Part shown: positions 24,984 to 30,794 of the stretch, in pieces
Position numbering within the stretch: the first letter of the stretch is position 1
Layout: the number at the start of each line of letters is the position of its first letter
Source: a virus
Lineage: Duplodnaviria > Caudoviricetes
IMG/VR virus record: IMGVR_UViG_3300044983_000085
Coordinates: 1-30,794 of that record
Length of the DNA: 30,794 bases
Strand: one strand, 5' to 3'
Translations under genes and position numbers: made by a program
Notes under the pieces: generated by a model
What the model was told of the DNA's origin: nothing
The model's database searches: none
The model's input: the letters and a program-made list of their open reading frames with translations, nothing else

Positions 24984-26552
24984 ATGCCTGATCCCCTCGC
25001 CGCGATCTCTACGCGGCGCACCCCGCAGCACGTCCAGGCCGACAAGCGCCAGGTTCCCAACTCCGCTGGTGGCTGGGCGTTCACCGCCGGGAAGACCGCG
25101 CGGCTGCACCGGTTCCTGACATTGGGCACCGACGGCGGCACCTATTACACGTCCGAGCGGGACATCACGCTCAAGAACGCCGACATCGTGCTGGCGTGGG
25201 CGCGGAACGACACCGCCGCGCTCGTCCGCGAAGTCGCGGCGATCTCGCAGGCCGGGCGCGCGCCGCGCAACAACCCGGCCCTGTTCGCCCTCGCCGCCGC
25301 CGCGTCCCTCGGTGACCCGGACGGCAAGCGCGCCGCACTTGACGCGCTGCCGCTGGTTGCCCGCACCGGCACCCACCTGTTCATCTTCGCCGGGTACGTG
25401 CAGCAGTTCCGCGGCTGGGGCCGCGGCCTCCGCCGCGCCGTCGGCCAGTGGTACCTGGACAAGGACGACGCCGGCCAGCTCGCGTATCAGGTGCTGAAGT
25501 ACCGGCAGCGGGAAGGCTGGACACACCGGGACCTACTCCGCCTCGCCCATCCAGAGCACCGGCCGCTGTTCGCGTGGATCGCCGGCAAGGAAACCGGGGA
25601 CCTGCCGCCGCTAATCGAGGCATTCGCCAAAGCGCAGGCAGTTACCACCGTCAAGGAGTGGACTGCGCTTATCGCTGATAATCCCAGCCTGAGCTGGGAG
25701 ATGCTGCCCGACGCGGCGCTCGGCGAGAAAGCCGTCTGGGATGCGCTGCTCTTGCATGGGCTGCCTCAGACTGCCCTGATGCGCCAGCTTCCGCGGCTCA
25801 CCCGGCTCGGCGTCCTTCCGCCCATGTCGGCGGTAACGCAGGGCGTAGCCGAGCAGCTTGCGGACCCGGAGCGGCTACGCAAGGCCCGCGTGCACCCGGT
25901 GAACATCCTGGTCGCGCTGCGCACCTACGCCAGCGGCCACGGGGCGCGCGGCCAGTCGGCGTGGACGCCGGTCGCGCAGATCACCGACGCCCTTGACGCC
26001 GCGTTCTACGCCGCGTACGGCGCTGTTGAGCCTGCCGGGAAGCGGACCATGCTCGCACTCGACGTGTCCGGGTCAATGGGCTGGTCCGCGGCCGGGCTGG
26101 CGCTCACCGCCCGTGAAGCATCCGCGGCGCTCGCGCTGGTGACCGCCGCAACCGAGCCCGCCACGGTGATCACCGGGTTCAGCACGTCGCTGATCCCGCT
26201 GAACATCAGCCCCCGGCAGCGCCTCGACGACGCCATCCGGGCCATCGCGAACCTGCCGTTCGGCGGCACGGACTGCTCGCTCCCGATGGTCTGGGCACTA
26301 CAGAACAAGATCGACGTCGACCACTTCTCGGTCTACACCGACAACGAAACCTGGGCTGGGCAGATTCACCCGCATCAGGCTCTCCGCGAATACCGGGAGA
26401 AGACCGGCATCAACGCCCGGATGTCGGTCGTCGGCATGACCGCGACTGATTTCACGATCGCCGACCCGGAGGATCCCGGCACCTTGGATATCGCCGGGTT
26501 TGACTCTGCGGTCCCGAACATGCTCGCCGATTTCGCTCGCGGCGACATCTGA
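24984..26552 (+). CDS. rsr: Ro60 / TROVE-vWA RNA-binding protein (Rsr)
   Basis: NSAGGWAF, RLHRFLTLGTDGGTYY and KYRQREGWTHRDLLRLAHP TROVE motifs; vWA MIDAS DVSGSM, GGTDCSLPM, YTDNETW, GFDS. Confidence 0.97.
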   Translation: MPDPLAAISTRRTPQHVQADKRQVPNSAGGWAFTAGKTARLHRFLTLGTDGGTYYTSERDITLKNADIVLAWARNDTAALVREVAAISQAGRAPRNNPALFALAAAASLGDPDGKRAALDALPLVARTGTHLFIFAGYVQQFRGWGRGLRRAVGQWYLDKDDAGQLAYQVLKYRQREGWTHRDLLRLAHPEHRPLFAWIAGKETGDLPPLIEAFAKAQAVTTVKEWTALIADNPSLSWEMLPDAALGEKAVWDALLLHGLPQTALMRQLPRLTRLGVLPPMSAVTQGVAEQLADPERLRKARVHPVNILVALRTYASGHGARGQSAWTPVAQITDALDAAFYAAYGAVEPAGKRTMLALDVSGSMGWSAAGLALTAREASAALALVTAATEPATVITGFSTSLIPLNISPRQRLDDAIRAIANLPFGGTDCSLPMVWALQNKIDVDHFSVYTDNETWAGQIHPHQALREYREKTGINARMSVVGMTATDFTIADPEDPGTLDIAGFDSAVPNMLADFARGDI

Positions 26553-26755
26553 TGGACATCCGCGCGCAGCAGGCCCGCGAGCACCACCGCGAATCGCTAG
26601 GGCTGAGCGAGCAATCAGCGCAGCACCGGCAGCAGCGGGACCAGCTGGTGCGGCAGCTGCGCGCGGATGACCCCGGCACCTGGAGTTACACGGCGCTGGC
26701 GAAAGCAGTGGGCTGCAGCCCTGAACTGATCGCCTACATCATTAAGAGTGGCTGA
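26552..26755 (+). CDS. Small helix-turn-helix DNA-binding protein
   Basis: WSYTALAKAVGCSPELIAYII HTH; TGATG coupling to rsr. Confidence 0.8.
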   Translation: MDIRAQQAREHHRESLGLSEQSAQHRQQRDQLVRQLRADDPGTWSYTALAKAVGCSPELIAYIIKSG

Positions 26756-28169
26756 AGCCGTTCGCGCCCGCAGTGAGCGCCCGCCGTGCGGCTGCGGGCC
26801 GGGGGATCGGCCGGGACCCGTCACCGCCGTCGCCAACCGACGCCGGGCCGACCGCCAGCCTGGGGTTCGTCGGCGGCAACGGTGTTGCGGTCGCGCCGGG
26901 CTGCTGCTGCGGCAGCTGATGCTGCACCGCCTGCTGCGCCGGGGCCACCGCCAGCGGATCGGGCTTCAGCTGTGTCACATCGCCGCTATCCACGAACACG
27001 ACCGCCGACTCACGCGTATATCCGGCCTGCCGGGCAGCCAGCAGCGTTTGACCCTGCACCAGTCCCGCCTGGGCGCGCTCCAGAATGCCGTCCTGCAGCG
27101 CCGCGATATCCGACGCGTCATACCAGAGCCGGTTACCCGGCGGCACGTTCACGAGTTTGGACAGGGCACCGCACGCTGATTTCCATTGCGGCCGGGCGAA
27201 AATGTTGCCGAACTTCTGCATCGACTCCTGATAGCCGCGACCAGCGCCGCGCAGCGGCTCAAGGCCGACGATCACGCCCGGAACGTTGCCGTCAGACAAA
27301 ATCCGCTGCTCGCCAGCCGCTGACACACCAGAGAAATCCATCTGCTGGAGGCTGTTGCCGATCACGGTCGCGTCGGCACCCTGATCCAGGACCAGCGTCT
27401 TGAACGCGTTATCCGACCCGCCATACCGGGCATGCATGCGTTCCCGCACCGCATCGATCGTCCCCGGCTGCAGCTTCTGCGCATACTTGATCAGCATGTT
27501 CGGGCTCGCGGCGTTGTCGAGATACTTGATCTTGTACGTCGCCATGCCGTCGTCGCCCTTTATCTCTCGGTAAGCGGGCGTCAGCCACGACATGCCCCGG
27601 AACGACGCCTGCGGGTCCGGGATCGGCACCCAGTGCGCCACCTCATCGACCGGGTAAAACTCGCCCTTCCCCTGATCTAGCACCGACTTGGGGGGCTCAA
27701 CCCAGTAGCCGATCTTGCGGCGGTACTGGCCGCCGCCCGGCACCGAAACGAGTTCCGAGATGATCGTTGTCCAGTCCGGCCGCAACCGCACCAGCAGATC
27801 CTCGCCCGGTACCGACCACGTGTACGAGTTGCCGGCGAGGGAGACATCCTGCTCCATCCGCACCAGAAGCTCGCCTGTCGAGCCGTCGGGCCACGGCTCC
27901 TCGAGGATCGCCAGGTCGGTGTTCCCGAACAGGTGCTTATCGTCCTTGGCCTGGAACTGGAAGGTCGCCTGCGAGAACAGCATCAGCCGCGCCAGGATCG
28001 CCGCGAACACCACCGAGTTGCCGGCGTAGGTTTGCTGCGCCCACCCGATCAGCTGCGGCAGGATCGCCTCACTGTTGGGGGAGCCGTAGCTGGTGGTGAG
28101 GACAGACGCACCGGAAGCGATGCCTTCCCAGTACCCGGCCCGCCGCGCGAAACGGTCAATCAGCCGCAT
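26742..28169 (-). CDS. Portal protein (HK97 type)
   Basis: LAGNSY, LVRLRPDW, FRGMSWL, LVLDQGA and VPGVIVG motifs; ATG at 28169 with GAGGA RBS. Confidence 0.93.
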   Translation of the reverse strand: MRLIDRFARRAGYWEGIASGASVLTTSYGSPNSEAILPQLIGWAQQTYAGNSVVFAAILARLMLFSQATFQFQAKDDKHLFGNTDLAILEEPWPDGSTGELLVRMEQDVSLAGNSYTWSVPGEDLLVRLRPDWTTIISELVSVPGGGQYRRKIGYWVEPPKSVLDQGKGEFYPVDEVAHWVPIPDPQASFRGMSWLTPAYREIKGDDGMATYKIKYLDNAASPNMLIKYAQKLQPGTIDAVRERMHARYGGSDNAFKTLVLDQGADATVIGNSLQQMDFSGVSAAGEQRILSDGNVPGVIVGLEPLRGAGRGYQESMQKFGNIFARPQWKSACGALSKLVNVPPGNRLWYDASDIAALQDGILERAQAGLVQGQTLLAARQAGYTRESAVVFVDSGDVTQLKPDPLAVAPAQQAVQHQLPQQQPGATATPLPPTNPRLAVGPASVGDGGDGSRPIPRPAAARRALTAGANGFSHS

Positions 28170-28392
28170 GCCCGGAATCCTCGGCACGGATCTTCGCGGC
28201 GATGTTCACGAGCGCCTTGCAGAACGCGTTCAGCCACAAGCCCCGCGGATTTTTAGTGCGTGCCCGCAGGATTTCGGCGGCTCGCTCCAAAGTCACCGCA
28301 TCCCACTCCGCAGGAGTCCGGCGCGGCCCTAGCAGAGAAAGACCGGGCGGCAGCGTGCCACCTTGGTCGTACCATTCGTGTGCACTGCTCAT
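28156..28392 (-). CDS. Hypothetical protein
   Basis: ATGA coupling with the upstream ORF; overlaps the portal start. Confidence 0.55.
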   Translation of the reverse strand: MSSAHEWYDQGGTLPPGLSLLGPRRTPAEWDAVTLERAAEILRARTKNPRGLWLNAFCKALVNIAAKIRAEDSGHAAD

Positions 28393-28580
28393 GTGGTCAC
28401 CTTCACCCGAGCCGGACACACCTCGTCATGGGCCAGGACGGCAGGCAGCGCGAACGTGGAATGGATCAGAGAACTCGGCTCGCTTTCAGGTGGCCACAGT
28501 TCGCGCGGAACCGGCACGTTGCCTGCCGCATCACAGCGACTGCACTTCCACCAGGCGCGAAATTCCTTGCCGGCGCTCAC
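28389..28580 (-). CDS. Small hypothetical protein with CxxC...H...C
   Basis: GTGA and ATGA coupling at the two ends. Confidence 0.55.
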   Translation of the reverse strand: MSAGKEFRAWWKCSRCDAAGNVPVPRELWPPESEPSSLIHSTFALPAVLAHDEVCPARVKVTT

Positions 28581-28804
28581 CAGTTCTCAGCGGCCTTCCG
28601 CTCCAGATACTCCCCCAGGAACACCGGCGCCGCCGGCACCGGACGTGACCCCCGCTCCGGCAAATCCATCGTCAGCAAACCCCACGCCGCGACCGCCACG
28701 CTGTCCACGATCAGGCACACGCCCAGACACCACACGCCCACCAAAGCGCCGCCGCCCAGCATCCCTGCCAGGGCACACAGCAGCAGAACAACCGGTGACC
28801 GCAC
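28577..28804 (-). CDS. Small two-TM membrane protein between terminase and portal
   Basis: GGAGG RBS before GTG at 28804; two hydrophobic helices; usual position in HK97-like phages. Confidence 0.7.
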   Translation of the reverse strand: MRSPVVLLLCALAGMLGGGALVGVWCLGVCLIVDSVAVAAWGLLTMDLPERGSRPVPAAPVFLGEYLERKAAENW

Positions 28805-28812
28805 GACGCCTC

Positions 28813-30255
28813 CTAGATAACCCACACGCCCGGATCAGAGACCGGCGCTTTCACGCCATGACCCCAGGCAGCCAGCGTGACCGCGACCAGCGGGCTGATA
28901 TCCACGGCCGCTGACCTGCGGGCCCACGCCCACGCATCCGACAGCGGCCGTGTCTGCGCACCACCAAGCGCCGACATCAGCGCCGGATCACCCCGATGCC
29001 GTATCTCGGCCGCGTCGGTGACTGCCTGGAAGAACTGGCCGCACGCCTGACCCGCATCCCGCGCCGACGGCTGCAGAACCTCGATGCCGGCTTGTTCCAG
29101 CGGCCCGATCAGGCTGCCGGCCTGGCCTGTGGGGTCCACGACGACCGCGCACGGGTCATGCTTGCGGACGAGCTCGACAAGGCGCGGCACAACCCAGGCC
29201 GTTCCGGGCTTGTGGTCGACGACCTCAACATGCAGCAGGCCGTCAGCACGCCGCCCCGATACGCCGATCGCGGCGTGCGAACCGCCAGGCATCGCATCCG
29301 CCGCGAACGCGATCGGATCCTCCGCCACCGACCGCACATCCGTCAGCGCCGACCACGCCTCCCGCGAAATGACCTGCCACGCATCCGCCAGATCAGTCGG
29401 ATACACCCCGACCCCCAGCCGCTCCCGCGCAAAAGCATCCGGCGCCAGGGCAGCCCGCTCACGCTCCACATAGTCCCGCGAAATACGGATACCCAGACCA
29501 GGGTTCGCCAGCGCCCAGCACCGCGGATCCGCCGGGTCATAATCATCGCGGTCAACCGACCACTCGAAAAACGCCAGCGACGGGTCATTGCCCGTCAGGC
29601 CCCGCTCACGCACCCGCCCCAGTTGCACCGAAGTCTCAGTCCCGGCGGTCGACGCATACCAGATCTGAGGGTTCGGCCTGGTCGACAACGTCGGCAACAA
29701 CGCCGCCATCGCGTCATCGCCGAGGACATACGCCTCATCCAAGATCACTAGATCAGCCGAGAAACCACGCCCCGACCCGGACGACCGGGCAATGAACCGG
29801 AGCCGCTTCCCGTTCTTCAGCTCAATCGCCTCAGAACCCGCAGCCGTACGGATCCGCTCCACCCGCCGCTCAAACAGCGGATTGTCCGCGATCAGCGACC
29901 GGATCCGCAGAAATGCCTCAGCAGCCGTCTTAAACTCATGCGCCGAATGCAGGATCAGGTTCGCGCCGAAATCATCCAGGAACAACGCCGCCAACTCGAG
30001 CGCCTCGATGACCGCGCCCTTACCGTTCTGCCGCGACACGATCAGCGCCACCTCAAACGCCGACCACAAACCGTCATCACGGCGCCCCAGGCCCGCATCG
30101 AGGACGTACTGCTGCCAGTCATCCAGATACAGCCCGGCGGCAGCCGAGATCCCCGTAACCCGTTCGCCCTCCGACCACACCGACGGCGGAACCGAGCACA
30201 GCCGCGGCCGCTGATCACCCAGCGCGCTTGACCGCTCTGCGAGCATTGAGCTCAT
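28813..30255 (-). CDS. terL: Terminase large subunit
   Basis: Walker A VSRQNGKG, Walker B LVILDEA, YASTAG coupling motif, ANPGLG, nuclease DISPLVA; start is 30255 or 30246. Confidence 0.96.
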   Translation of the reverse strand: MSSMLAERSSALGDQRPRLCSVPPSVWSEGERVTGISAAAGLYLDDWQQYVLDAGLGRRDDGLWSAFEVALIVSRQNGKGAVIEALELAALFLDDFGANLILHSAHEFKTAAEAFLRIRSLIADNPLFERRVERIRTAAGSEAIELKNGKRLRFIARSSGSGRGFSADLVILDEAYVLGDDAMAALLPTLSTRPNPQIWYASTAGTETSVQLGRVRERGLTGNDPSLAFFEWSVDRDDYDPADPRCWALANPGLGIRISRDYVERERAALAPDAFARERLGVGVYPTDLADAWQVISREAWSALTDVRSVAEDPIAFAADAMPGGSHAAIGVSGRRADGLLHVEVVDHKPGTAWVVPRLVELVRKHDPCAVVVDPTGQAGSLIGPLEQAGIEVLQPSARDAGQACGQFFQAVTDAAEIRHRGDPALMSALGGAQTRPLSDAWAWARRSAAVDISPLVAVTLAAWGHGVKAPVSDPGVWVI

Positions 30256-30490
30256 CAATCGCGTCCTTCTGCGGTGACCGCTTCTCACTCGACTTCGTTA
30301 GATCCGCCAGGATCAGCCTCAACTGGCCCGCAGCAGCCGCAGCAGCCACTGCCCCGCGGGCCGTATCAATCTGCTGCGCCAGCGACACGGCCAGAGCAGC
30401 CATGCCGTCCGTGCGAACCGAACAGCGCAGACGCCGCAGTTCAGACCGCGTCGCCTTCTCCACATCGCCCGGCGGCTTCCGCTCAGTCAC
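30215..30490 (-). CDS. terS: Terminase small subunit
   Basis: ALAVSLAQQID...GQLRLILADL...DAIDELNARR pattern; GGAG RBS before GTG at 30490; overlaps the terL start. Confidence 0.8.
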   Translation of the reverse strand: MTERKPPGDVEKATRSELRRLRCSVRTDGMAALAVSLAQQIDTARGAVAAAAAAGQLRLILADLTKSSEKRSPQKDAIDELNARRAVKRAG

Positions 30491-30794
30491 TACGCTCCCG
30501 GTATGGCGATCATCTACGACACAGATAGAAGGCAACGGATGGCAACCCGCATGCCCGGAATGCCATCGCCGCGCCACAATCCAGGGCACGTTCGGCCAAT
30601 GCAGCGGCGGCGACTGGTCAGTCTGCTACCGCAGCATCAGCGACGTACTCGCCCGCACAGGCCCTCCACCGGCACCGCAGAGCGAATGGCCTGATTGGGT
30701 CCGAAGCCTCATCGGATAGTCGCGGAGCGTGACCGCCGGTGTTTCAGGGCACGGGCGGTGGCCCTAAATTTCGAATGTGAAAATCCATGGTGGC

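Noticed and set aside
24779-24991. 70-aa plus-strand ORF across RNA units 2-3
   Set aside because: No RBS or protein-like features; the region is better explained as structured RNA.
30495-30794. Possible plus-strand gene (CPEC motif, ending 30719) or packaging/cos site upstream of terS
   Set aside because: No in-frame start or RBS for the CPEC frame; the AT-rich end and small hairpin (30746-30765) are suggestive but cannot be assigned without flanking sequence.
1-30794. Diversity-generating retroelement, intein, intron, integrase or IS element
   Set aside because: No reverse transcriptase, TR/VR pair, intein motifs, split genes, recombinase or transposase was recognised by eye.

Overview
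High-GC (actinobacterial-type) siphophage or prophage morphogenesis region, encoded almost entirely on the minus strand. Reading right to left: small and large terminase, portal, HK97-type prohead protease, major capsid protein, a free-standing endonuclease VII gene, a long cluster of extra head/virion genes (including a GT-A glycosyltransferase, a LamG-like protein with Pro/Arg/Trp repeats and a beta-helix spike), head-tail adaptor, tail terminator, tail tube, tail assembly chaperone with a hidden -1 frame, tape measure with a lytic transglycosylase, a tail hub protein carrying a GH26-like domain, and membrane genes. Plus-strand cargo cassettes interrupt this operon. The most striking lies between portal and protease: a sigma70-type promoter with a palindromic operator, three tandem Y-RNA-like units with covarying stems, an intact Ro60/TROVE (Rsr) gene whose RBS sits in a hairpin, and a small HTH gene. 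Each RNA unit carries, at the same position after a conserved ATCGGTTACC, a hairpin whose 7-nt loop looks like a different tRNA anticodon loop (Ser-GCU, Trp-CCA, probably Gln-CUG). Unit 1 is a circularly permuted tRNA. I propose this as a candidate phage Ro60/anticodon-display RNP. All assignments come from motif recognition and manual base-pairing; no database searches were run, and several start codons were re-chosen by eye from RBS and overlap patterns.
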